Shown in pieces: positions 27,001 through 42,800 of a stretch of 64,000 nt of DNA. How positions within the stretch are numbered: the first letter of the stretch is position 1; each line of letters opens with the position of its first letter. Position numbers and translations under genes: made by a program. The notes under the pieces were generated by a model. It did no database searches, had not been told where the DNA came from, and saw nothing but the letters and a program-made list of their open reading frames with translations. Source of the DNA: the human T2T-CHM13v2.0 reference genome, Homo sapiens; the NCBI RefSeq assembly GCF_009914755.1, contig NC_060925.1; one strand, given 5' to 3'.

Positions 27001-30000
27001 CATAGAATCGAATGGAATTATCATCGAATGGAATCGAATGGTATCAACACCAAACGGAAAAAAACGGAATTATCGAATGGAATCGAAGAGAATCTTCGAA
27101 CGGACCCGAATGGAATCATCTAATGGAATGGAATGGAATAATCCATGGACTCGAATGCAATCATCATCGAATGGAATCGAATGGAATCATCGAATGGACT
27201 CGAATGGAATAATCATTGAACGGAATCGAATGGAATCATCATCGGATGGAAACGAATGGAATCATCATCGAATGGAAATGAAAGGAGTCATCATCTAATG
27301 GAATTGCATGGAATCATCATCAAATGGAATCGAATGGAATCAACATCAAATGGAATCAAATGGAATCATTGAACGGAATTGAATGGAATCGTCATCGAAT
27401 GAATTGAATGCAATCATCGAATGGTCTCGAAAGGAATCATCTTCAAATGGAATGGAATGGAATCATCGCATAGAATCGAATGGAATTATCATCGAATGGA
27501 ATCGAATGGAATCAACATCAAACGGAAAAAAACGGAATTATCGAATGGAATCGAAGAGAATCATCGAATGGACCCGAATGGAATCATCTAATGGAATGGA
27601 ATGGAATAATCCATGGACTCGAATGCAATCATCATCGAATGGAATCGAATGGAATCATCGAATGCACTCGAATGGAATAATCATGGAACGGAATCGAATG
27701 GAATCATCATCGGATGGAAATGAATGGAATCATCATCGAATGGAATCGAATAGAATTATGGAATGAAATCCAGTGTGATCATCATCGAATGGACCCGAAT
27801 GGAATCATCATCCAACGGAAGCTAATGGAATCAACATCGAATGAATCGAATGGAAACACCATCGAATTGAAACGAATGGATTTACCATGAAATTGAAATG
27901 GATGGACTCATCATCGAATGGATTCGAGTGGAATCATCGAATAAAATTGATTGAAATCATCATCGAATGTTATCGAATGGTATCATTGAATGGAATCGAA
28001 TGGAATCATCATCAGATGGAAATGAAAGGAATCGTCATAGAATGGAATCGAATGGATTCATTGAATGGAATCAGATGGAATCTTCGAATGGACTGGAATG
28101 GAATCATTGAATGGACTCGAAAGGGATCATTATTGAATGGAATTGAATGGAATCATCGAATGGTCTCGATTGGAATCATTATCAAATGGAATCGAATGGA
28201 ATCACCGAATAGAATCGAATGGAACAATCATCGAATGGACTCCAATGGAATTATCCTCAAATGGAATCGAATGGAATTATCGAATGCAATCGAATGGAAT
28301 TCTCGAATGCAATCGAATAGAATCATCGAATGGACTCGAATGGAATCATCGAATGGAATGGAATGGAACAGTCAATGAACTCGAATGGAATCATCATTGA
28401 ATGGAATCGAATGGAATCATCGAGTGGAATCGAATGTAATCATCATCAAATGGAATCAAAAATAACCATCATCAAATGGAATCAAAAATAACCATCATCA
28501 ATTGGTGTTGAATGGAATTCTCATCAAATGGAATTCAAAGAAATCATCATCAAATGGAACCGAATGGAATCCTCATTGAATGGAAATGAAAGGGGTCATC
28601 ATCTAATGGAATCGCATGGAATCATCATAAAATGGAATCGAATGGAATCAACATCAAATGGAATCAAATGGAATCATTGAACGGAATTGAATGGAATCGT
28701 CATCGAAAGAATTGAATGCAATCATCGAATGGTCTCGAATGGAATCATCTTCAAATGGAATGGAATGGAATCATCGCATAGAATCGAAAGGAATTATCAT
28801 CGAATGGAATCGAATGGAATCAACACCAAACGGAAAAAAACGGAATTATCGAATGGAATCGAAGAGAATCATCGAATGGACCCGAATGGAATCATCTAAT
28901 GGAATGGAATGGAATAATCCATGGACTCGAATGCAATCATCATCGAATGCAATCGAATGGAATCATCGAATGGACTCGAATGGAATAATCATTGAACGGA
29001 ATCGAATGGAATCATCATCGGATGGAAACGAATGGAATCATCATCGAATGGAATCGAATAGAATTATGGATTGAAATCCAGTGTGATCATCATCGAATGG
29101 ACCCGAATGGAATCATCATCCAACGGAAGCTAATGGAATCAACATCGAATGAATCGAAAGGAAACACCATCGAATTGAAACGAATGGAATTACCATGAAA
29201 TTGAAATGGATGGACTCATCATCAAATGGATTCGTATGGAATCATCGAATAAAATTGATTGAAATCATCATCGAATGGAATCGAATGGTATCATTGAATG
29301 GAATCGAATGGAATCATCATCAGATGGAAATGAATGGAATCGTCATAGAATGGGATCGAATGGATTCATTGAATGGAATCAGATGGAATCATTGAATGGA
29401 CTGGAATGGAATCATTGAATGGACTCGAAAGGGATCATTATTGAATGGAATTGAATGGAATCATCGAATGGTCTCGATAGGAATCATTATCAAATGGAAT
29501 CGAATGGAATCACCGAATAGAATCGAATGGAACAATCATCGAATGGACTCAAATGGAATTATCCTCTAATGGAATCGAATGGAATTATCGAATGTAATCG
29601 AATGGAATTCTCGAATGCAATCGAATAGAATCATCGAATGGACTCGAATGGAATCATCGAATGGAATGGAATGGAACAGTCAATGAACTCGAATGGAATC
29701 ATCATTGAATGGAATCGAATGGAATCATCGAGTGGAATCGAAAGGAATTATGACCAAATGGAATCGAATGTAATCATCATCAAATGGAATCAAAAATAAC
29801 CATCATCAATTGGTATTGAATGGAATTGTCATCAAATGGAATTCAAAGGAATCATCATCAAATGGAACCGAATGGAATCCTCATTGAATGGAAATGAAAG
29901 GGGTCATCATCTAATGGAATCGCATGGAATCATCATCAAATGGAATCGAATGGAATCATCATCAAATGGAATCTAATGGAAACATTGAAAAGAATTGAAT

Positions 30001-30848
30001 GGAATCGTCATCGAATGAATTGAATGCAATCATCGAATGGTCTCGAATGGAATCATCTTCTAATGAAAAGGAATGGAATCATCGCATAGAATCGAATGGA
30101 ATTATCATCGAATGGAATCGAATGGTATCAACACCAAACGGAAAAAAACGGAATTATCGAATGGAATCGAAGAGAATCTTCGAACGGACCCGAATGGAAT
30201 CATCTAATGGAATGGAATGGAATAATCCATGGACTCGAATGCAATCATCATCGAATGGAATCGAATGGAATCATCGAATGGACTCGAATGGAATAATCAT
30301 TGAACGGAATCGAATGGAATCATCATCGGATGGAAACGAATGGAATCATCATCGAATGGAAATGAAAGGAGTCATCATCTAATGGAATTGCATGGAATCA
30401 TCATCAAATGGAATCGAATGGAATCAACATCAAATGGAATCAAATGGAATCATTGAACGGAATTGAATGGAATCGTCATCGAATGAATTGAATGCAATCA
30501 TCGAATGGTCTCGAATGGAATCATCTTCAAATGGAATGGAATGGAATCATCGCATAGAATCGAATGGAATTATCATCGAATGGAATCGAATGGAATCAAC
30601 ATCAAACGGAAAAAAACGGAATTATCGAATGGAATCGAAGAGAATCATCGAATGGACCCGAATGGAATCATCTAATGGAATGGAATGGAATAATCCATGG
30701 ACTCGAATGCAATCATCATCGAATGGAATCGAATGGAATCATCGAATGGACTCGAATGGAATAATCATTGAACGGAATCGAATGGAATCATCATCGGATG
30801 GAAATGAATGGAATCATCATCGAATGGAATCGAATAGAATTATGGAAT

Positions 30849-33800
30849 GAAATCCAGTGTGATCATCATCGAATGGACCCGAATGGAATCATCATCCAAC
30901 GTAAGCTAATGGAATCAACATCGAATGAATCGAATGGAAACACCATCGAATTGAAACGAATGGAATTACCATGAAATTGAAATGGATGGACTCATCATCG
31001 AATGGATTCGAATGGAATCATCGAATAAAATTGATTGAAATCATCATCGAATGGTATCGAATGGTATCATTGAATGGAATCGAATGGAATCATCCTCAGA
31101 TGGAAATGAATGGAATCGTCATAGAATGGAATCGAATGGATTCATTGAATGGAATCAGATGGAATCATCGAATGGACTGGAATGGAATCATTGAATGGAC
31201 TCGAAAGGGATCATTATTGAATGGAATTGAATGGAATCATCGAATGGTCCCGATGGAATCATTATCAAATGGAATCGAATGGAATCACCGAATAGAATCG
31301 AATGGAACAATCATCGAATGGACTCAAATGGAATTATCCTCACATGGAATCGAATGGAATTATCGAATGCAATCGAATGGAATTATCGAATGCAATCGAA
31401 TAGAATCATCGAATGGACTCGAATGGAATCATCGAATGGAATGGAATGGAACAGTCAATGAACTCGAATGGAATCATCATTGAATGGAATCGAATGGAAT
31501 CATCGAGTGGAATCGAATGGAATTATGATCAAATGGAATCGAATTTAATCATCATCAAATGGAATCAAAAATAACCATCATCAATTGGTATTGAATGGAA
31601 TTCTCATCAAATGGAATTCAAAGGAATCATCATCAAATGGAACTGAATGGAATCCTCATTGAATGGGAATGAAAGGGGTCATCATCTAATGGAATCGCAT
31701 GGAATCATCATCAAATGGAATCGAATGGAATCATCATCAAATGGAATCTGATGGAATCATTGAACAGAATTGAATGGAATCGTCATCGAATGAATTGAAT
31801 TCAATCATCGAATGGTCTCGAATGTAATCACATTCTAATGGAAAGGAATGGAATCATCGCATAGAATCGAATGGAATTAACATTGAATGGACTCGAATGG
31901 AATCAACATCAAACGGAATCAAGCGGAATTATCGAATGGAATCGAAGAGAATCATCGAATGGTCTCGAATGGAATCATCTTCTAATGGAAAGGAATGGAA
32001 TCATCTCATAGAATCGAATGGAATTAACATTGAATGGACTCGAATGGAATCAACATCAAATGCAATCAAGCGGAATTGTCGAATGAAATCGAAGAGAATC
32101 ATCGAATGGACTCGAATGGAATCATCTAATGGAATGGAATGGAATAATCCACGGACTCGAATGCAATCATCATCGTATAGAATCGAATGGAATGATCGAA
32201 AGGACTCGAATGGAATAACCATTGAACGGAATCGAATGGAATCATCATCGGATGGAAACGAATGGAATCATCATCGAATGGAAATGAAAGGAGTCATCAT
32301 CTAATGGAATTGCATGGAATCATCATCAAATGGAATCGAATGGAATCATCATCAAATGGAATCAAATGGAATCATTGAACGGAATTGAATGGAATTGTCA
32401 TCGAATGAATTGACTGCAATCATCCAATGGTCTCGAATGGAATCATCTTCAAATGGAATGGAATGGAATCATCGCATAGAATCGAATGGAATTATCATCG
32501 AATGGAATCGAATGGTATCAACATCAAACGGAAAAAAACGGAATTATCGAATGGAATCGAAGAGAATCTTCGAACGGACCCGAATGGAATCATCTAATGG
32601 AATGGAATGGAATAATCCATGGACTCGAATGCAATCATCATCGAATGGAATCGAATGGAATCATTGAATGGACTCGAATGGAATAATCATTGAACGGAAT
32701 CGAATGGAATCATCATCGGATGGAAATGAATGGAATCATCATCGAATGGAATCGAATAGAATTATGGAATGAAATCCAGTGTGATCATCATCGAATGGAC
32801 CCGAATGGAATCATCATCCAACGGAAGCTAATGGAATCAACATCGAATGAATCGAAAGGAAACACCATCGAATTGAAACGAATGGAATTATCATGAAATT
32901 GAAATGGATGGACTCATCATCGAATGGATTCGAATGGAATCATCGAATAAAATTGATTGAAATCATCATCGAATGGAATCGAATGGTATCATTGAATGGA
33001 ATCGAATGGAATCATCATCAGATGGAAATGAATGGAATCGTCATAGAATGGAATCGAATGGATTCATTGAATGGAATCAGATGGAATCATCGAATGGACT
33101 CGAATGGAATAATCATTGAACGGAATCGAATGGAATCATCATCGGATGGAAACGAATGGAATCATCATCGAATGGAAATGAAAGGAGTCATCATCTAATG
33201 GAATTTCATGGAATCATCATCAAATGGAATCGAATGGAATCAACATCAAATGGAATCAAATGGAATCATTGAACGGAATTGAATGGAATCGTCATCGAAT
33301 GAATTGAATGCAATCATCGAATGGTCTCGAATGGAATCATCTTCAAATGGAATGGAATGGAATCATCGCATAGAATCGAATGGAATTATCATCGAATGGA
33401 ATCGAATGTTATCAACATCAAACGGAAAATAACGGAATTATCGAATGGAATCGAAGAGAATCATCGAACGGACCCGAATGGAATCATCTAATGGAATGGA
33501 ATGGAATAATCCACGGACTCGAATGCAATCATCGTCGAATGGAATCGAATAGAATCATCGAATGGACTCGAATGGAATAATCATTGAACGGAATCGAATG
33601 GAATCATCATCGGATGGAAACGAATGGAATCATCATCGAATGGAATCGAATAGAATTATGGAATGAAATCCAGTGTGATCATCATCGAATGGACCCGAAT
33701 GGAATCATCATCCAACGGAAGCTAATGGAATCAACATCGAATGAATCAAATGGAAACACCATCGAATTGAAACGAATGGAATTACCATGAAATTGAAATG

Positions 33801-36800
33801 GATGGACTCATCATCAAATGGATTCGAATGGAATCATCGAATAAAATTGATTGAAATCATCATCGAATGGAATCGAATGGTATCATTGAATGGAATCGAA
33901 TGGAATCATCATCAGATGGAAATGAATGGAATCGTCATAGAATGGAATCGAATGGATTCATTGAATGGAATCAGATGGAATCATTGAATGGACTGGAATG
34001 GAATCATTGAATGGACTCGAAAGGGATCATTATTGAATGGAATTGAATGGAATCATCGAATGGTCTCGATTGGAATCATTATCAAATGGAATCGAATGGA
34101 ATCACCGAATAGAATCGAATGGAACAATCATCGAATGGACTCAAATGGAATTATCCTCCAATGGAATCGAATGGAATTATCGAATGCAATCGAATGGAAT
34201 TATCGAATGCAATCGAATAGAATCATCGAATGGACTCGAATGGAATCATCGAATGGAATGGAATGGAACAGTCAATGAACTCGAATGGAATCATCATTGA
34301 ATGGAATCGAATGGAATCATCGAGTGGAATCGAATGGAATTATGATCAAATGGAATCGAATGTAATCATCATCAAATGGAATCAAAAATAACCATCATCA
34401 ATTGGTATTGAATGGAATTGTCATCAAATGGAATTCAAAGGAATCATCATCAAATGGAACCGAATGGAATCCTCATTGAATGGAAATGAAAGGGGTCATC
34501 ATCTAATGGAATCGCATGGAATCATCATCAAATGGAATCGAATGGAATCATCATCAAATGGAATCTAATGGAATCATTGAAAAGAATTGAATGGAATCGT
34601 CATCGAATGAATTGAATGCAATCATCGAATGGTCTCGAATGGAATCATCTTCTAATGGAAAGGAATGGAATCATCGCATAGAATCGAATGGAATTATCAT
34701 CGAATGGAATCGAATGGTATCAACACCAAACGGAAAAAAACGGAATTATCGAATGGAATCGAAGAGAATCTTCGAACGGACCCGAATGGAATCATCTAAT
34801 GGAATGGAATGGAATAATCCATGGACTCGAATGCAATCATCATCGAATGGAATCGAATGGAATCATCGAATGGACTCGAATGGAATAATCATTGAACGGA
34901 ATCGAATGGAATCATCATCGGATGGAAACGAATGGAATCATCATCGAATGGAAATGAAAGGAGTCATCATCTAATGGAATTGCATGGAATCATCATAAAA
35001 GGGAATCGAATGGAATCAACATCAAATGGAATCAAATGGAATCATTGAACGGAATTGAATGGAATCGTCATCGAATGAATTGAATGCAATCATCGAATGG
35101 TCTCGAATGGAATCATCTTCAAATAGAATGGAATGGAATCATCGCATAAAATCGAATGGAATTATCATCGAATGGAATCGAATGGAATCAACATCAAACG
35201 GAAAAAAACGGAATTATCGAATGGAATCGAAGAGAATCATCGAATGGACCCGAATGGAATCATCTAATGGAATGGAATGGAATAATCCATGGACTCGAAT
35301 GCAATCATCATCGAATGGAATCGAATGGAATCATCGAATGGACTCGAATGGAATAATCATTGAACGGAATCGAATGGAATCATCATCGGATGGAAATGAA
35401 TGGAATCATCATCGAATGGAATCGAATAGAATTATGGAATGAAATCCAGTGTGATCATCATCGAATGGACCCGAATGGAATCATCATCCAACGTAAGCTA
35501 ATGGAATCAACATCGAATGAATCGAATGGAAACACCATCGAATTGAAACGAATGGAATTACCATGAAATTGAAATGGATGGAGTCATCATCGAATGGATT
35601 CGAATGGAATCATCGAATAAAATTGATTGGAATCATCATCGAATTGTATCGAATGGTATCATTGAATGGAATCGAATGGAATCATCCTCAGATGGAAATG
35701 AATGGAATCGTCATAGAATGGAATCGAATGGATTCATTGAATGGAATCAGATGGAATCATCGAATGGACTGGAATGGAATCATTGAATGGACTCGAAAGG
35801 GATCATTATTGAATGGAATTGAATGGAATCATCGAATGGTCCCGATGGAATCATTATCAAATGGAATCGAATGGAATCACCGAATAGAATCGAATGGAAC
35901 AATCATCGAATGGACTCAAATGGAATTATCCTCACATGGAATCGAATGGAATTATCGAATGCAATCGAATGGAATTATCGAATGCAATCGAATAGAATCA
36001 TCGAATGTACTCGAATGGAATCATCGAATGGAATGGAATGGAACAGTCAATGAACTCGAATGGAATCATCATTGAATGGAATCGAATGGAATCATCGAGT
36101 GGAATCGAATGGAATTATGATCAAATGGAATCGAATTTAATCATCATCAAATGGAATCAAAAATAACCATCATCAATTGGTATTGAATGGAATTCTCATC
36201 AAATGGAATTCAAAGGAATCATCATCAAATGGAACTGAATGGAATCCTCATTGAATGGAAATGAAAGGGGTCATCATCTAATGGAATCGCATGGAATCAT
36301 CATCAAATGGAATCGAATGGAATCATCATCAAATGGAATCTGATGGAATCATTGAACAGAATTGAATGGAATCGTCATCGAATGAATTGAATTCAATCAT
36401 CGAATGGTCTCGAATGTAATCACATTCTAATGGAAAGGAATGGAATCATCGCATAGAATCGAATGGAATTAACATTGAATGGACTCGAATGGAATCAACA
36501 TCAAACGGAATCAAGCGGAATTATCGAATGGAATCGAAGAGAATCATCGAATGGTCTCGAATGGAATCATCTTCTAATGGAAAGGAATGGAATCATCTCA
36601 TAGAATCGAATGGAATTAACATTGAATGGACTCGAATGGAATCAACATCAAATGCAATCAAGCGGAATTGTCGAATGAAATCGAAGAGAATCATCGAATG
36701 GACTCGAATGGAATCATCTAATGGAATGGAATGGAATAATCCACGGACTCGAATGCAATCATCATCGTATAGAATCGAATGGAATGATCGAAAGGACTCG

Positions 36801-39800
36801 AATGGAATAACCATTGAACGGAATCGAATGGAATCATCATCGGATGGAAACGAATGGAATCATCATCGAATGGAAATGAAAGGAGTCATCATCTAATGGA
36901 ATTGCATGGAATCATCATCAAATGGAATCGAATGGAATCATCATCAAATGGAATCAAATGGAATCATTGAACGGAATTGAATGGAATTGTCATCGAATGA
37001 ATTGACTGCAATCATCCAATGGTCTCGAATGGAATCATCTTCAAATGGAATGGAATGGAATCATCGCATAGAATCGAATGGAATTATCATCGAATGGAAT
37101 CGAATGGTATCAACATCAAACGGAAAAAAACGGAATTATCGAATGGAATCGAAGTGAATCTTCGAACGGACCCGAATGGAATCATCTAATGGAATGGAAT
37201 GGAATAATCCATGGACTCGAATGCAATCATCATCGAATGGAATCGAATGGAATCATTGAATGGACTCGAATGGAATAATCATTGAACGGAATCGAATGGA
37301 ATCATCATCGGATGGAAATGAATGGAATCATCATCGAATGGAATCGAATAGAATTATGGAATGAAATCCAGTGTGATCATCATCGAATGGACCCGAATGG
37401 AATCATCATCCAACGGAAGCTAATGGAATCAACATCGAATGAATCGAAAGGAAACACCATCGAATTGAAACGAATGGAATTATCATGAAATTGAAATGGA
37501 TGGACTCATCATCGAATGGATTCGAATGGAATCATCGAATAAAATTGATTGAAATCATCATCGAATGGAATCGAATGGTATCATTGAATGGAATCGAATG
37601 GAATCATCATCAGATGGAAATGAATGGAATCGTCATAGAATGGAATCGAATGGATTCATTGAATGGAATCAGATGGAATCATCGAATGGACTCGAATGGA
37701 ATAATCATTGAACGGAATCGAATGGAATCATCATCGGATGGAAACGAATGGAATCATCATCGAATGGAAATGAAAGGAGTCATCATCTAATGGAATTTCA
37801 TGGAATCATCATCAAATGGAATCGAATGGAATCAACATCAAATGGAATCAAATGGAATCATTGAACGGAATTGAATGGAATCGTCATCGAATGAATTGAA
37901 TGCAATCATCGAATGGTCTCGAATGGAATCATCTTCAAATGGAATGGAATGGAATCATCGCATAGAATCGAATGGAATTATCATCGAATGGAATCGAATG
38001 TTATCAACATCAAACGGAAAATAACGGAATTATCGAATGGAATCGAAGAGAATCATCGAACGGACCCGAATGGAATCATCTAATGGAATGGAATGGAATA
38101 ATCCACGGACTCGAATGCAATCATCGTCGAATGGAATCGAATAGAATCATCGAATGGACTCGAATGGAATAATCATTGAACGGAATCGAATGGAATCATC
38201 ATCGGATGGAAACGAATGGAATCATCATCGAATGGAATCGAATAGAATTATGGAATGAAATCCAGTGTGATCATCATCGAATGGACCCGAATGGAATCAT
38301 CATCCAACGGAAGCTAATGGAATCAACATCGAATGAATCGAATGGAAACACCATCGAATTGAAACGAATGGAATTACCATGAAATTGAAATGGATGGACT
38401 CATCATCGAATGGATTCGAATGGAATCATCGAATAAAATTGATTGAAATCATCATCGAATGGTATCGAATGGTATCATTGAATGGAATCGAATGGAATCA
38501 TCCTCAGATGGAAATGAATGGAATCGTCATAGAATGGAATCGAATGGATTCATTGAATGGAATCAGATGGAATCATCGAATGGACTGGAATGGAATCATT
38601 GAATGGACTCGAAAGGGATCATTATTGAATGGAATTGAATGGAATCATCGAATGGTCCCGATGGAATCATTATCAAATGGAATCGAATGGAATCACCGAA
38701 TAGAATCGAATGGAACAATCATCGAATGGACTCAAATGGAATTATCCTCACATGGAATCGAATGGAATTATCGAATGCAATCGAATGGAATTATCGAATG
38801 CAATCGAATAGAATCATCGAATGGACTCGAATGGAATCATCGAATGGAATGGAATGGAACAGTCAATGAACTCGAATGGAATCATCATTGAATGGAATCG
38901 AATGGAATCATCGAGTGGAATCGAATGGAATTATGATCAAATGGAATCGAATTTAATCATCATCAAATGGAATCAAAAATAACCATCATCAATTGGTATT
39001 GAATGGAATTCTCATCAAATGGAATTCAAAGGAATCATCATCAAATGGAACTGAATGGAATCCTCATTGAATGGAAATGAAAGGGGTCATCATCTAATGG
39101 AATCGCATGGAATCATCATCAAATGGAATCGAATGGAATCATCATCAAATGGAATCTGATGGAATCATTGAAAAGAATTGAATGGAATCGTCATCGAATG
39201 AATTGAATTCAATCATCGAATGGTCTCGAATGTAATCACATTCTAATGGAAAGGAATGGAATCATCGCATAGAATCGAATGGAATTAACATTGAATGGAC
39301 TCGAATGGAATCAACATCAAACGGAATCAAGCGGAATTATCGAATGGAATCGAAGAGAATCATCGAATGGTCTCGAATGGAATCATCTTCTAATGGAAAG
39401 GAATGGAATCATCTCATAGAATCGAATGGAATTAACATTGAATGGACTCGAATGGAATCAACATCAAATGCAATCAAGCGGAATTGTCGAATGAAATCGA
39501 AGAGAATCATCGAATGGACTCGAATGGAATCATCTAATGGAATGGAATGGAATAATCCACGGACTCGAATGCAATCATCATCGTATAGAATCGAATGGAA
39601 TGATCGAAAGGACTCGAATGGAATAACCATTGAACGGAATCGAATGGAATCATCATCGGATGGAAACGAATGGAATCATCATCGAATGGAAATGAAAGGA
39701 GTCATCATCTAATGGAATTGCATGGAATCATCATCAAATGGAATCGAATGGAATCATCATCAAATGGAATCAAATGGAATCATTGAACGGAATTGAATGG

Positions 39801-42800
39801 AATTGTCATCGAATGAATTGACTGCAATCATCCAATGGTCTCGAATGGAATCATCTTCAAATGGAATGGAATGGAATCATCGCATAGAATCGAATGGAAT
39901 TATCATCGAATGGAATCGAATGGTATCAACATCAAACGGAAAAAAACGGAATTATCGAATGGAATCGAAGAGAATCTTCGAACGGACCCGAATGGAATCA
40001 TCTAATGGAATGGAATGGAATAATCCATGGACTCGAATGCAATCATCATCGAATGGAATCGAATGGAATCATTGAATGGACTCGAATGGAATAATCATTG
40101 AACGGAATCGAATGGAATCATCATCGGATGGAAATGAATGGAATCATCATCGAATGGAATCGAATAGAATTATGGAATGAAATCCAGTGTGATCATCATC
40201 GAATGGACCCGAATGGAATCATCATCCAACGGAAGCTAATGGAATCAACATCGAATGAATCGAAAGGAAACACCATCGAATTGAAACGAATGGAATTATC
40301 ATGAAATTGAAATGGATGGACTCATCATCGAATGGATTCGAATGGAATCATCGAATAAAATTGATTGAAATCATCATCGAATGGAATCGAATGGTATCAT
40401 TGAATGGAATCGAATGGAATCATCATCAGATGGAAATGAATGGAATCGTCATAGAATGGAATCGAATGGATTCATTGAATGGAATCAGATGGAATCATCG
40501 AATGGACTCGAATGGAATAATCATTGAACGGAATCGAATGGAATCATCATCGGATGGAAACGAATGGAATCATCATCGAATGGAAATGAAAGGAGTCATC
40601 ATCTAATGGAATTTCATGGAATCATCATCAAATGGAATCGAATGGAATCAACATCAAATGGAATCAAATGGAATCATTGAACGGAATTGAATGGAATCGT
40701 CATCGAATGAATTGAATGCAATCATCGAATGGTCTCGAATGGAATCATCTTCAAATGGAATGGAATGGAATCATCGCATAGAATCGAATGGAATTATCAT
40801 CGAATGGAATCGAATGTTATCAACATCAAACGGAAAATAACGGAATTATCGAATGGAATCGAAGAGAATCATCGAACGGACCCGAATGGAATCATCTAAT
40901 GGAATGGAATGGAATAATCCACGGACTCGAATGCAATCATCGTCGAATGGAATCGAATAGAATCATCGAATGGACTCGAATGGAATAATCATTGAACGGA
41001 ATCGAATGGAATCATCATCGGATGGAAACGAATGGAATCATCATCGAATGGAATCGAATAGAATTATGGAATGAAATCCAGTGTGATCATCATCGAATGG
41101 ACCCGAATGGAATCATCATCCAACGGAAGCTAATGGAATCAACATCGAATGAATCAAATGGAAACACCATCGAATTGAAACGAATGGAATTACCATGAAA
41201 TTGAAATGGATGGACTCATCATCAAATGGATTCGAATGGAATCATCGAATAAAATTGATTGAAATCATCATCGAATGGAATCGAATGGTATCATTGAATG
41301 GAATCGAATGGAATCATCATCAGATGGAAATGAATGGAATCGTCATAGAATGGAATCGAATGGATTCATTGAATGGAATCAGATGGAATCATTGAATGGA
41401 CTGGAATGGAATCATTGAATGGACTCGAAAGGGATCATTATTGAATGGAATTGAATGGAATCATCGAATGGTCTCGATTGGAATCATTATCAAATGGAAT
41501 CGAATGGAATCACCGAATAGAATCGAATGGAACAATCATCGAATGGACTCAAATGGAATTATCCTCCAATGGAATGGAATGGAATTATCGAATGCAATCG
41601 AATGGAATTATCGAATGCAATCGAATAGAATCATCGAATGGACTCGAATGGAATCATCGAATGGAATGGAATGGAACAGTCAATGAACTCGAATGGAATC
41701 ATCATTGAATGGAATCGAATGGAATCATCGAGTGGAATCGAATGGAATTATGATCAAATGGAATCGAATGTAATCATCATCAAATGGAATCAAAAATAAC
41801 CATCATCAATTGGTATTGAATGGAATTGTCATCAAATGGAATTCAAAGGAATCATCATCAAATGGAACCGAATGGAATCCTCATTGAATGGAAATGAAAG
41901 GGGTCATCATCTAATGGAATCGCATGGAATCATCATCAAATGGAATCGAATGGAATCATCATCAAATGGAATCTAATGGAATCATTGAAAAGAATTGAAT
42001 GGAATCGTCATCGAATGAATTGAATGCAATCATCGAATGGTCTCGAATGGAATCATCTTCTAATGGAAAGGAATGGAATCATCGCATAGAATCGAATGGA
42101 ATTATCATCGAATGGAATCGAATGGTATCAACACCAAACGGAAAAAAACGGAATTATCGAATGGAATCGAAGAGAATCTTCGAACGGACCCGAATGGAAT
42201 CATCTAATGGAATGGAATGGAATAATCCATGGACTCGAATGCAATCATCATCGAATGGAATCGAATGGAATCATCGAATGGACTCGAATGGAATAATCAT
42301 TGAACGGAATCGAATGGAATCATCATCGGATGGAAACGAATGGAATCATCATCGAATGGAAATGAAAGGAGTCATCATCTAATGGAATTGCATGGAATCA
42401 TCATAAAAGGGAATCGAATGGAATCAACATCAAATGGAATCAAATGGAATCATTGAACGGAATTGAATGGAATCGTCATCGAATGAATTGAATGCAATCA
42501 TCGAATGGTCTCGAATGGAATCATCTTCAAATAGAATGGAATGGAATCATCGCATAGAATCGAATGGAATTATCATCGAATGGAATCGAATGGAATCAAC
42601 ATCAAACGGAAAAAAACGGAATTATCGAATGGAATCGAAGAGAATCATCGAATGGACCCGAATGGAATCATCTAATGGAATGGAATGGAATAATCCATGG
42701 ACTCGAATGCAATCATCATCGAATGGAATCGAATGGAATCATCGAATGGACTCGAATGGAATAATCATTGAACGGAATCGAATGGAATCATCATCGGATG

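Noticed and set aside
32001-32222. Recurrent 73-aa minus-strand ORF (7 copies)
   Set aside because: It arises from chance substitutions in the 1922-bp unit and recurs only because the HOR was amplified. Its composition (FHSI/DDSIR) is the reverse-strand repeat translation.
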